Positions 1 to 10,300 are shown, counted from the first letter of the stretch. The stretch is 33,848 nt of DNA from Chiloscyllium plagiosum (GCF_004010195.1 NC_057720.1:22354399-22388246), one strand, 5' to 3'. Made by a program: numbers and translations. The notes: generated from the sequence alone by a model not told the origin.

Positions 1-86
1 AAGGGCTTATGCCCGAAACGTTGATTCTCCTGTTCCTTGGATGCTGCCTGACTTGCTGCGCTTTTCCAGCAACACATTTTCAGCTC
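1..86 (+). mobile_element. Penelope-like element (PLE) 3' terminal fragment, family 1, with the 3' part of a hammerhead motif cut by the window edge
   Basis: aGGGCttatGCCCGAAACGTT...gatgctgcctgacttgctgcgcttttccagc; same family as 8964-9091 and 16311-16437. Confidence 0.8.
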
Positions 87-639
87 CTAAATTCACTACC
101 CATGTTCTATTAGAGTCCCACGAATTTTATTCTCCCTCATAACCTCTACCTATTTTATTTCTATACCCAACTGTTTTTCACAGGTGATTTTGGGTGTTGT
201 CTTCTATTTTGATCGCACTCGCCCTACTGCTCCATGATCACTTCAGTACATCTAATAACAACAATGTTGTTGTTTTTGTTCCTCTTCATTCATTATTCTC
301 TCAAGTTGCAATATCAGCATCCCCAATTCCACTTTGTTATTTTCCTTTCTGCAGCAGGTTCTCTTCTTCTACCTCTCCAAATTAAAATTCTTCTACCTGT
401 CCAAATAAAACTTTGAACTCTGATTTTTCTCATTCCCAGGTTACTGCTAGAAAACCCCTCCTTGTTCTGCAAACACACACAAGAGTTATTCCTACTTCCT
501 CCACCTGCCCATTCCCCACTGGTTTTGTTCGAATATAGGTGCTGTACCTTGAATCAATTCTCCAAATCAACCCACATGAGCCACAGCTCTCTGTTTTCTT
601 CAACTGTGTGGCAGTTCATTGGCTCATGTCACATCCCTG

Positions 640-880
640 AGGATAGCATCCCTGCCTCTGAGCCTGAGGCTCTGGGTTCCATCCCTACACAAAGTCAGGA
701 TGACCAAGGAAGGTGCATTCATAATGTGGCCAAACAGTTCAAGTAGCAACCTGTAAATCCTTCCAATATATGTCAATAGCAATTGGTCGGAGTGAGAGAG
801 AGATTCCTGGTCAGACGTGTGATGGAGAGAAAATTGGTACTTGTACCATCACTATTATAGTCCTTGAATGAAAAATGCAT
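640..880 (+). mobile_element. Degenerate tRNA-derived SINE
   Basis: tRNA-like head gatagcatccctgcctctgagcctgaggctctgggttccatccc with a B-box-like GGTTC..ATCCC; related heads at 11790-11858 (-) and 33110-33175 (-). Confidence 0.4.
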
Positions 881-895
881 GTTAAAGTGCACACA

Positions 896-1082
896 GCGTT
901 AACATTTCAAGTCCAGTGACTCTCCTTCAAGATGGTCTTCAGGTCAATTCTGAAGAAGGGCCCCTGCACTCAAAATGCTAACTCCGCTTTCCTGCCCCAG
1001 GTGCTGCCAGACTTGCTGAGTTTCTTTAGAAATTTCTGATTTTGTTTCAGATCTTCAGCAACCCCAGTTCTTTGCCTTTTCA
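896..1082. mobile_element. Inverted pair of PLE terminal fragments with degenerate hammerhead motifs
   Basis: Minus-strand tgaaggagagtcactggacttgaaatgttaac (896-930) lies back-to-back with plus-strand CTGAAGAAGGG... (from 950), followed by the typical PLE tail gtgctgccagacttgctgagttt...cagcaaccccagttcttt. Confidence 0.6.
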
Positions 1083-1151
1083 TGTAAAAGTGTTGTTTGT
1101 TGCCATGGTAACTCAGGCTCCCTCACTGAAATGTCATGACATTCAAGCCAC

Positions 1152-1248
1152 TGGCCTAATGTTGGAAAGTGGGACTAGTGTAGATTTAGTGTAGCTTGGC
1201 AGTACAGATTTGTGGGGCCAAAGAGCCTGTTCTGTACTCTTTGATTCC
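1152..1248 (+). mobile_element. CR1 LINE 3' UTR remnant
   Basis: ggcctaatgttggaaagtgggactag...ggggccaaagagcctgttctgtactct resembles the other CR1 3' ends in the window. Confidence 0.55.
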
Positions 1249-1987
1249 ACATATCTACGAAACATACCATAGATCACCAATGGTTAAAATACCACCAAAA
1301 AGCACACATTTCCTCCCATTCTCACAATCTCACATCCAAAGATGTCTAATCCATTAGGATTATATGCCACTCCATTCCCTGCCCAGCCAATTAATTTCCT
1401 CAGCTTTTCCTGTTAAACTTAATTTTGCATCTCCAGTTCACATCCTACTTCTCTCTTATGACTGCATCTTTCCCATAATCACTTGATCCAGGACTGCTCT
1501 CCCTTTCTGTAACAAAATAAAATGATGAAGCCAACTGACTGGCATAGGAATTGATGGATTTCATAAGAATTCTTTGGAGCAGCTAAGATGATTGTTTAGT
1601 AAGGTTGATTGTAAGCTTGGTCTATTGACAGAGCGTAGCTGCTAAACTAAAGTACATCAGAACCTATGGCTGTTATTGCAACTGCATGTAAAGGAAAACA
1701 TTTGGACAGCAACATTCTGCATTTATGCATTTCAGTCAATATATCAAGATGGTGCATACACCCAAATTGTTTCCCCCACTAAAGATGAATTAGATATTGG
1801 CATGGCATAGAGGGAGCACTCAATTTGTGGCGATCAAGGTAAAGCCAGCATGGGATATGAAAAGACATTCTAAAGCTACAGGTAATATGAAATTAAGGAA
1901 GAGATTTTACAGTTGCCAACCTTTAATCGATAGTTACTTGACCAATTTCCAAAAAGGTGAGCATTGTTGACCTGGTGCTGAAACTAC

Positions 1988-2081
1988 CTGATACTAGGTA
2001 CAAGACCCAAATTGCAAGGGACAAAGATCTCTTCTTTTTCATATTTTCTGAATCACAATGTGTGATTACAGGAAAAGATGC
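1988..2081 (-). other. Candidate exon containing an ATG and a signal-peptide-like sequence (unverified, not DPYD)
   Basis: tatttctcag|GCATC...gaaaatATG(2042)...GTATCAG|gtagtt encodes MKKKRSLSLAIWVLYLVS(G), phase-1 donor, in non-repetitive sequence. Confidence 0.25.
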
Positions 2082-2269
2082 CTGAGAAATAATACTGACA
2101 TTCACATTTCCAAAGAAACAACAAACAGTAAGCAACAAATGGTATTGTCAACTCTTTCTCCAATGAATAAGAGAAAATGAGCCTTCTGATAACACCTGGA
2201 AAACTAAGGCATTCATTCAAACAGTTCAATACCATTCCCTATTGACTAGAATCAATGGGGAAATACAGG

Positions 2270-3245
2270 AAAATGTTGACAATATTTTGATAATCTTGGA
2301 ACCTCTTTTCATTGAAGGCAGACATTATTGTCAGAATTCATAATTGCCTCCAATGTGCCAAATCAGCCTTTATCCAACTGAGGAAAGACAGTGTTTGAGG
2401 ACCATGGTTTCAAACGCAAAGTTAGGATCTTGCTTTACTGGACAGCAGTAATCCCTGCACTCCTGTATGCTTTGGAGACTTGGGCAATCTACAATAGGTA
2501 CTTCAAAGCAATGAAACGAATGACCAGCAATGTGCCTGAAGACCCTCCACAACCAACAGCTGGTTCAGGTAGTCCAATTGCTCTCCTAGCCGAGAAGAGA
2601 TGCAGAAAGATGCTGGTCATTCAAAACCAGTAGAGCATGTAGTAGTGTGACTGAACCAAATTCTCAAAGAAATGGATCCACTTGGAACTCAGTCATGGGT
2701 TGAAGTCAAGTCATTCAAGACTCTCAGGCAGACTGAAGAAATGCTTTCGTAATATCCTTAAAGCTTCCTTGTAAAGGCCAAGTATTTCAACCAATGCCGT
2801 CTCGCCAGTAATTGATCAAAATGGAGTAGGTTCATTCAGCACTAAATACATTGAGCGACTTGGTCAGAAACTTGCAGAGATGAATTGGGCGAAACTGGGT
2901 CCTGCAGATGCTGGAGATTAGAGTCAAGATTAGAGTTGGAGCAGGAGCAAGTAGGGCAAATCAGGATGATGAAGGGCTTTTGCCTGAAACATCAATTTTC
3001 CTGCTCCTCAGATGCTGCCTGACTTGCTGTGCTTTTCCAGCACTACTCTAATCTTGACTTGGAGAGATGAAGTCAAGTCATTCTCAATATCATCATATAA
3101 ATGATGCATCTACATTCAAACACAACCTGCTCCACTTCTAGCAGAGTCTGTAGATTGTGTACTGGTCTTTTCAGCCATCCCAGAATCTACTGGACCAGAG
3201 TGGAAACAAATAATTGTTGATTCCAAGGGACTGCCTAAGAAGACA
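2270..3245 (+). mobile_element. Decayed RTE-clade LINE, 3' portion, interrupted by a PLE insert
   Basis: ORF 2391-2633 gives VFEDHGFKRKVRILLYWTAVIPALLYALETWAIY (RTE RT C-terminal motif LLYxxETW); ends gggactgcctaagaaga; homologous to 18700-19460. Confidence 0.7.
2885..3057. mobile_element. PLE-derived fold-back insert (family 1) with hammerhead motif and TSD
   Basis: Flanked by cttgcagagatgaa (2871-2884) and cttggagagatgaa (3058-3071). Inverted arms gagtcaagattagag / ctctaatcttgact. Core aTGATGAaGGGCttttGCCTGAAACATC at 2966-2993 (+). Confidence 0.75.
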
Positions 3246-3392
3246 AAAGTTTAAAAAAAGTATAAAGTAACAATTATCCACTTAGAAAGAAGATTGTAGC
3301 AAAGCTGGTAGAGTTCCCCAGGTTGAGGGTACATCATATTATGTCTGTATTCAAGGTGCCTAAATCCAAGTTCTTTCCAAGGACACAGAAAC

Positions 3393-3435
3393 CACACCTG
3401 AACAACACTTCACACCTGCACAACACTTCACACCT
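3393..3435. repeat. 18-bp tandem repeat, about 2.4 copies
   Basis: cacacctgaacaacactt / cacacctgcacaacactt / cacacct. Confidence 0.8.
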
Positions 3436-3777
3436 CCATTTAGTGTACCTTTCACACTTTCTCATGAATACTTCACACATTTCACATCAGTAAAGAAATC
3501 GATATCTAAACAATACATCCGAACAATCACCTTGATTAAAATTAAACCAAGAATAAGATAAAATACAACAAAAATGACATCAAGCCATAGAATATGACTG
3601 GTCAAATATCAGTCTCACACCACACTATTACACAATTCAGTGGTTTCACTTGTCTCCTTTTCAATCAGCATATCTTCTAAATTCTTGCTGCAATAATATA
3701 GGATACCCACTGAATTTCACATTTTCAAATTACTTATACTGGGAATGTGGATGTACAGTTGCCACTGCATCATTAAA

Positions 3778-3960
3778 GCACAGAGGAGACTATTCAGACC
3801 AACTTGCTTGTACAGTCACTTTGAAAGGATTTATCTGAATCATCCTACTCCACTGTTCTTTCCCCAATAGACCAGCAAACCCTTCATTTTAATTGGTATA
3901 TCCAATTCGTTCCTGAAGGATTCCATTATGTTTCTACCACCCTTCCAGAGAGTGCCTTAT
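3778..3960 (-). mobile_element. Old CR1-type 3' fragment
   Basis: gcacagaggagactattcagacc...tatccaattc...ttctaccacccttccag resembles a reverse-complemented CR1 3' end; heavily decayed. Confidence 0.4.
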
Positions 3961-4410
3961 GTTTCGAAAGAGCACTTTAGAAGAATAGGGATTAGAAATA
4001 GATTTCAAAATTGCAGGAGTATTAAGCCATGTCATGTCCTCTGTTGATAATAAGGAGCAGCTCTGTTTCTTTAAACCAGAAATTCTAATGCTTCAAGTCA
4101 TCACAGCTTGATATCACTCCAAATATTTTGCTCCACTCTGAGGAGCAGCTGCATTGCTTTGCTTTCTGCAGTGTTGGTGTCTCAGGAGCCCTACATCTCC
4201 GGTACCAAAAGATTTTATGGATTATTCCAGCATGGTTTGGTTAAAACACAATGCAGTTTGAACATGATCATTGAGGATTTGAGCTTAATTGTGTTTCTAA
4301 AGTTTGCATCCTCTTTGATCTGTTTACTTCTGTCACATATGGTAAGTCAACAGCTCTAAATCCTTTTTATTTTCTGCCTTGGAAAATTGCAAACTCATTC
4401 AAATGGCACC

Positions 4411-4932
4411 TAGAGTCATAGAGATTTACAGCATGGAAACAGACCCTTCGGTCCAACCCGTCCATGCCAACCAGATATCCCAACCCAATCTAGTCCCACC
4501 TGCCAGCACCCGGCCAATATCCCTCCAAACACTTCCTATTCATAGACCCATCCAAATGCCTCTTAAATGTTGCAATTATATCAGCCTCCACCACATCCTC
4601 TGGCAGCTCATTCCATACACGAACCACCTTCTGCGGGGAAAACAGTCCCAGCCTGTTCAGACTCTCCCTGTAGCTCAGATCCTCCAAGCCTGGCAACATC
4701 CTTGTAAATCTTTTCTGAACCCCTTCAAGTTTCACAACATCTTTCCGATAGGAAGGAGACCAGAATTGCATGCAATATTCCAACAGTGGCCTAACCAATG
4801 TCCTGTACAGCTGCAACATGACCTCCCAACTCCTGTACTCAATACTCTGACCAATAAAGGAAAGCATACCAAACGCCTTCTTCACTATTCTATCTACCAG
4901 CGACTCCACTTTCAAGGAGCTATGAACCTGCA
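4411..4932 (-). mobile_element. 5'-truncated CR1 LINE (family A) with an internal deletion
   Basis: ORF 4490-4933 gives LYRTLVRPLLEYCMQFWSP...VQKRFTRMLPGL...VVRVWNELPE. Tail tagagtcataga. The segment between LGLFS and QRVVRVWN, present in the 10693-11651 copy, is missing. Confidence 0.92.
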
Positions 4933-5659
4933 TTTAATACCATTAATTGTATTGCCTCCAATCCATTTGATGTGAACTGCATCATGCTACATTTATAAGG
5001 ACTGGGCTGGCTGTTTCGGATTCGCAAGATTCTGTAGTTTGATATGCCCAATGAATTTCATCACTTTTTATTAAGCTATCATTCCAATCATGCATAATAG
5101 GAACTGGGGCATCCATTCAATACCTGCCCATCCTGAAAATATCCACATTATCAACCTTTAGGGGAAACATTTGGTTGTATCCAGATCAGCTAAGGTTGCC
5201 TGGCTCCACATTCTCTTCTTTTGGAGAATTTCAAAACATGGCCTTTCGTCCTGTGCATGTTTTCTGTTCCAATATGCACTATCTTACATTTATCCACCCT
5301 AATCCACACCTACTATTCTTTATTTTGTGTGCTTAATTGGACCAGATCCTTTCAAATGGTTGCAATTTCCATTATTTAATTGACTGAAAACGATAAGCGG
5401 ACTTCCAGCTGGTAAGTTGCAGCAACACGTCTGCCCCAAATGAGGCGTAGGCAAATAGGGTGGGCTCTGTGCCAGAGCAATGATATGGGCGACTTTGACA
5501 AAATAGGACAGGAATACAGACAGTCAATGTGACAGACACAGGCGTGAGCATAGAGAAAGAGCATTCAACAACAGAACAATACTTGCCTTTATATAATGGT
5601 ATTGACCGACGAAAACATCCGTATGCGCTTCACTGGAAAGGAACTGCTACCAAATAGGT

Positions 5660-5870
5660 ATATCCATAGTGTTGTTAGAAAGGAAGTTCTGTGATCTGGT
5701 CTAAAGACACTGAAGGAACAGATATGCAGTTCCAAGTCGTGATGGTGTGAGGCAAGATGAGGAATTTTCTTGCAAAGTTGTTACTATGCATCTATTGCCC
5801 TTCTTCTAGGTGGTAGGGCTCATAGGTTTAGAAAGTGCTATCAAAGGAAGTTGCGCATTGTATCTTGCAT
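5660..5870 (-). mobile_element. Decayed LINE 3' fragment, related to 12200-12410 and 31150-31385
   Basis: gaaggaacag...gttccaagtcgtgatggtgtg...gcccttcttctaggtggtagggctcataggtttagaaagtgct resembles the corresponding part of 31150-31385. Confidence 0.4.
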
Positions 5871-5871
5871 T

Positions 5872-6217
5872 TATAATAAACTTTCTATTAACCAGCACCC
5901 ATAGGACCAGGAGGGTACCAACTGGTCAAATATTCCATTTGATCAAGAGGTCCACATAGTGAATGTAAAAACACACACTAAGTAATAGAAATGTAATGCA
6001 GGGGGGATACACATCACTGTTATATGTTATTTACAGCACAAATCACTTAAATAAACTTGCCTTAAATAAAACTGACCGGCAGAAAGCCTTCTCACTTGCA
6101 CCCTCAATTGTCTATTCGGGCATCATGGAGATTGTGTTAATACAATAAACTCCCAGTTTTTCAGGTATATACTTTTTGCCAGTTCATCGAGAATACTAGT
6201 TCATAAGGGGCCTATTA
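5872..6217. mobile_element. Possible degenerate Tigger/Tc1-mariner-like MITE
   Basis: Left end tataataaactttctattaaccagcaccc and right end gccagttcatcgagaatactagttcataaggggcctatta look like decayed terminal and subterminal inverted repeats; AT-rich interior. Confidence 0.25.
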
Positions 6218-6229
6218 AAACAAAGTGTG

Positions 6230-7325
6230 CTGTAGTACATACTGCTGCTGCTCTACATCAGTGGTGAAGGGAATAAATGTTGATGGGATGCCAGTCAAGT
6301 GGACTGCTTTGGTTGGATGGTGTTGAGCTTCTAGGGTATCGATTGAGTTGTGGTCACCTGGGCAAGTTGGGAATATTCCATCACTTTCCTGATTTGTGCC
6401 ATGTAGATGATTGCTAGGCTTTAGGGAGTCAAGAGGTGAGATTTTCTCCAAAGAAATCCTCGCCTTTGACCTGATGTTGTACATCAGTATTTATGTGGTT
6501 GGCCCAGTTCAGTTCTTGGTCAATGTTAAGTCACACGATACTAGGATTCAGAGATGGTAGTGCCATTCAATATCAAGGGCAGATGGTTAGATTCTGCCTT
6601 GTTGGAGAAGGTCACTTCTTGGCACTTGTCTGGTGCAACTGTTACTTACTACTTAGCCAAAGCCTGAATGCTGTCTGGCTCTTGCTGCATATGGACGCAG
6701 ACTGATTTAGTACTTGAGGAGTGATAAATGGTGCTGACCATTGCGCAATCTTTAGTGAATACCCTCACTTCTGATCTTATGATGGAGGAAAGGTCATCCA
6801 ACCAGCTGACAATAGCTGGACACTAGACAACAAAAAACAAAAGAAATGTGGATGCTGGAAACCAGAAACTGCTAGGAACTCTCAGCCAGTCGTGCAGCAT
6901 CTATGGAGCAATAGCAGAGTTAACTCTTCGGCTCCAGTGACCCTTTTTTAGAATGTTCTCCCTTTGTGTTAAGCATGATGAATCAACAGAGAGTTTTCTT
7001 CCTGGTTTCCACTGACTACTGTTTTAAAAGAAATACCTTCATGTTACACTTAGTCAAATCGTTTCTTGGTTTCAAGTACAATCATACTGACTCATATCTC
7101 GAGTCCAGCTCCTGTTTGAACCAAGATAGTAATCAAACCGGGCCCTGAATGACCCTGCTGGAGTCCAAACTGAACATCAATGGAGCAGGTTATTGTTGAG
7201 TAAGTGCTGCATGATAGAACCATCAATGGCCCTTCTGTCACTTTAGTGATGATTGAATAGATCTATAATTGACAAGGTTGCCTCTGACCTTTTTGTGAAC
7301 AGGGCATATCTGTGCATGTTCAGAG
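6230..7325 (-). mobile_element. Decayed non-LTR retrotransposon RT region (CR1/L2/Jockey group, distinct from CR1 family A)
   Basis: Minus frame around 6320-6435 reads LLTP*SLAIIYMAQIRKVMEYSQLA, matching the LINE RT C-terminal motif YKAQVRxxMEY; multiple stops. Confidence 0.6.
6836..6955 (-). mobile_element. PLE terminal fragment nested in the LINE, hammerhead core degenerate
   Basis: gatgctggaa...cagcatctatggagcaatagcagagttaactcttcggctccagtgacccttttttagaa. Confidence 0.65.
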
Positions 7326-7429
7326 TGTAACATATCTAGACTAAAGATCCAGAAAATCTTAAAGGAGGCAAAGAGATTCAGATGCAGATAGCTTGAGGGA
7401 GGAATTACATAGTTTATGATCCAGGCAGA

Positions 7430-7550
7430 ATGAGGATCACTGGACTTGAAATGTAAAGTCTGCTTCCATTCCGCAGATGCTGCTCAACCTGTATTATTTG
7501 TTTTTGTCTGTTTCAGATTTTCAGCATCTCCAGTTCTTCGTTTCATTTTA
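7430..7550 (+). mobile_element. PLE terminal fragment
   Basis: ggatcactggacttgaaatgtaaagtctgc...cagatgctgctcaacctg...tttcagattttcagcatctccagttct. Confidence 0.6.
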
Positions 7551-7670
7551 GTTTTTACAATTTGCGCCTTATGTTTTAGATCAGACATAGGAGCTCTCTC
7601 AGCATTAGCCGATAATAGAAGGGTTCTTCAAAATTGAGTTTGTATCTTAATGTTGGCTCCAAAATATTTT

Positions 7671-7888
7671 GATTAGATTGGTGCTGGAAAAGCACAGCAG
7701 GTCAGGCAGCATCTGAGGAGTAGGAAAATCGATGTTTCGGGCAAAAGCCCTTCATCAGGAATGAGGCTGGGAGCCTAGGGGGTGGAAAGATAACCCCTGA
7801 GGCTCCCAGCCTGACCAGCTGTGCTTTCCCAGTATCACTCTAATCTTGACTCTAATCTCCAGTATCTGCAGTTCTCACTGTTGCCTAG
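7671..7888. mobile_element. PLE-derived fold-back (family 1)
   Basis: Inverted arms gattagattggtgctggaaaagcacagc / gctgtgctttcccagtatcactctaatc and aggctgggagcct / aggctcccagcct; contains a minus-strand hammerhead core. Confidence 0.8.
7731..7758 (-). ncRNA. Minimal type-I hammerhead ribozyme motif (family 1)
   Basis: Reverse complement CTGATGA-A-GGGC-tttt-GCCC-GAA-ACAT-C. Core and stem II are intact; the stem-III palindrome has decayed from ACGT to ACAT. Confidence 0.65.
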
Positions 7889-8963
7889 TCCAAAATGTTT
7901 TGGTACAGTGATCTTTACATTTTTTTTCAGCTACATATGTAGCTAGCCAAAAGCCAAATTTTCCTACCTATGTGTAGCACTTTACTGAAGTAAATTCCAT
8001 CCACTCTTGTTATGTTAATTTTGATGTTTTGTCCAAAGTTTCTATCCTACTGTTGTTAGAATACTGAATGGACTCACAAACACTTAACTGGGGCCCTGAC
8101 AGATATCTTTGTGGCATCCTTAAATACAGGCGAGGTGCCGGAGGACTGGAGGGTTGCTCATGTTGTCCCCCTGTACAAGAATGGTAGTAGGGATATTCTG
8201 GGTAACTACAGACCAGTGAGTCTGACGTCGGCGGTGGGAAAGTTGCTGGAGACGGTATTAAGGGATAGGATCTATTTATAGTTAGAAAAGAATGGGCTTA
8301 TCAGTGATAGGCAATATGGTTTTGTGTGGGGGAGATCGTGCCTTACCAACTTAATAGAGTTCTTCGAGGAAGTGACCAAGTTGATAGATGAAGGAAGGTC
8401 TGTTTGATGTCATATACATGGACTTTAGTAAGGCGTTTGATCAGGTTCCCCATGGTAAACTAATGGAAAAAGTGAAGTCACATGGTGTGCAGGGTGTTCT
8501 AGAAAGGTGGATAAAGAACTGGTTGAGCAACAGGAGACAGAGTGTATTAGTTGAAGGGAGTTTCTTGAAATGGAGAAAGGTGACCAGTGGTGTTCCACAA
8601 GGGTCAGTGTTGGGGCCACTGTTGTTTGTAATATACATAAATGATCTGGATGTTGGTATTGTTGGTATGATCAGCAAGTTTGCAGATGACACAAAGATTG
8701 GTGGAGTAGCAGAAAGCATAAGGGACTGTCAGGAGGATAGAGATAGACTGGAGAGTTGGGTGGAAAAGTGGCAGATGGTTTTCAATCCAGAAAAATGTGA
8801 GGTGATGCATTTAGGCAAGACTATTTCTAAAGCGGATTATACAATGAACGGAAGAGCCTTGGGAAAAGTTGATGAGCAGAGAGATCTGGGAGCGCAGGTC
8901 CATTGTACCCTGAAGGTTGCTGCACAGGTGGATAGAGTGGTCAAGAAGGCATATAGTATGCTT

Positions 8964-9091
8964 CCTGAAGAAGGGCCTGTGCCCGAAATGTCGAATCTCC
9001 TGTTCCCTGGATGCTGCCTGACCTGCTGGCTGTTTCCAGCAATAAAGTTTCAACTTTGATCTCCAGCATCTGCAGACCTCACTTTCTCCTC
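8964..9091 (+). mobile_element. 128-bp solo PLE 3' end (family 1) with hammerhead motif and a perfect 14-bp TSD
   Basis: TSD catatagtatgctt at 8950-8963 and 9092-9105. The insert starts cCTGAAGAaGGGCctgtGCCCGAAATGTCgaatct and ends ctcactttctcctc, like the PLE end at ~16437. Confidence 0.9.
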
Positions 9092-9195
9092 CATATAGTA
9101 TGCTTGCCTTTATTGGACGGGGTATTGAGTATAAGAGCTGGCAAGTCATGTTAACATTGTACAAGACATTGGTTTGGCTGCATTTAGAATACTGA

Positions 9196-9276
9196 GTTAA
9201 AAATCACACAACACCAGGTTATAGTCCAACAGGTTTAATTCAAAGCACACTAGCTTTCGGAGCGACGCTCCTTCAG
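9196..9276 (-). mobile_element. PLE terminal fragment (family 2) with a partial hammerhead motif
   Basis: Interrupts the CR1 LEYCVQFW codons. Reverse complement ...GAA-GGAGC-gtc-GCTCC-GAA-AGCT-A-gtg; homologous to 19776-19885. Confidence 0.75.
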
Positions 9277-9824
9277 TTCTGATCGCCACATTACCAAAAG
9301 GATGTGGACACTTTGGAGAGGGTGCAGAGAAGGTTTACGAGGATGTTGCCTGGTATGGAAGGTGCTAGCTATGAAGAGAGGTTGAGGAGGTGAGGTTTAT
9401 TTTCATTAGGAAAAAGATTGAGGGGGGACCTGATTGAGGTTTACATAATCATGAAGGGTATAGACAGGGTTGATAGAGTCAAGCTTTTTCCCAGGATGAA
9501 GGATTCAATAACAAGAGGTCATACTTTCAAGGTGAGAGGTGGAAAGTTTAAGGGGGGATACACGCTGCAAGTACTTCACACAGAGGGTGATGGGCGTTTG
9601 GAACGAGTTGCCAGCAGAGGTGGTAGAGACAGGCACGGTAGATTCATTTAAGATACGCCTAGACAGATGGATGAGTAGGTGGGGAGCAGAGGGATACAGA
9701 TGTTTAGGAATTGGCCAACAGGTTTAGACAGTACATTTGGATTGACTCAGGCTTGGCCAAAGGGCCTGTTCCTGGGCTGTAAATTTTCTTTGTTCTTTCT
9801 TTGTTATTCGTCTGTACCTGTGTT

Positions 9825-9944
9825 TTTGTTTTTGCCACTGTTTATCTATTATTTACTTATCTATGCTACTTAACTCTGTGATCTGCCTGTATTGCTCACA
9901 AGACAAAGCTTTTCACTGTGCCTCTGTACAAATGACAATAAATT
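9825..9944 (+). mobile_element. Rex1/Babar-like LINE 3' end
   Basis: gatctgcctgtattgctcacaagacaaagcttttcactgtgcctctgtacaaatgacaataaa matches the reverse complement of the 3' end of 25440-25965. Confidence 0.65.
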
Positions 9945-10189
9945 GGGATCAAGATTTCCAGATTTCTACTACCGTCCAGAAACTTTCCTTCCTAAATGGT
10001 CTAAAGTAAACTTTAAAATTATGTTTTTCTTTTCTTATTCTTTCATCAAAAGAAAGTTTCTCTGCATCTGCCCCGTTAATCCTTCTCAAAAATGTTAATA
10101 CTTCAGTAAAGTTCTGCTGGAGCACAATCTGAAAAAAACCATATGTTAGACACTTGATCAGTTTTGCCAAAGTGAATTTACACTGACGT

Positions 10190-10300
10190 AAAAGCAAAAT
10201 ACTGCAGATGCTGCAGATTTGAAATGAAAACAGAAAATGCTGCAGAAACTCAGCAGGTCTCAGGCACCATATGTGGAGAAGAGAGAGAGAGACAAATTCA
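10190..10300 (-). mobile_element. PLE terminal fragment, truncated by the adjacent family-3 PLE
   Basis: aaaatactgcagatgctgcagatttgaaatgaaaacagaaaatgctgcagaaactcagcaggtc. Confidence 0.65.

Larger units (their letters stand above)
8091..9800 (+). mobile_element. CR1 LINE (family B), RT domain to 3' end, with two nested PLE inserts
   Basis: VPEDWRVAHVVPLYK...NYRPVSLTS; ORF 8388-9059 YMDFSKAFD, SGVPQGSVLGPLLF, SKFADDTK; C-terminal LRGDLIEVY, FTQRVMGVWNELP. Confidence 0.95.

Noticed and set aside
1736..1838. Plus-strand exon candidate (tttcag|TCAATA...GATCAAG|gtaaag)
   Set aside because: The frames I checked contain stops, no recognisable protein emerges, and the splice signals are within chance expectation.
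4379..4975. 198-aa plus-strand ORF, and similar ORFs at 10685, 31849 and 32060
   Set aside because: These are antisense frames of CR1 3' fragments; the same pseudo-peptide recurs wherever the repeat does.
5152..5181. Minus-strand NVSP motif resembling the start of the next DPYD exon (DIVTNVSPRII)
   Set aside because: The frame reads IQPNVSPKG then stops, with no acceptor or further similarity; a chance 4-residue match.
8388..9059. 223-aa RT-containing ORF as a functional or fusion gene
   Set aside because: It is a truncated CR1 ORF2 reading into the PLE insert; the upstream part is frameshifted and there is no endonuclease domain.
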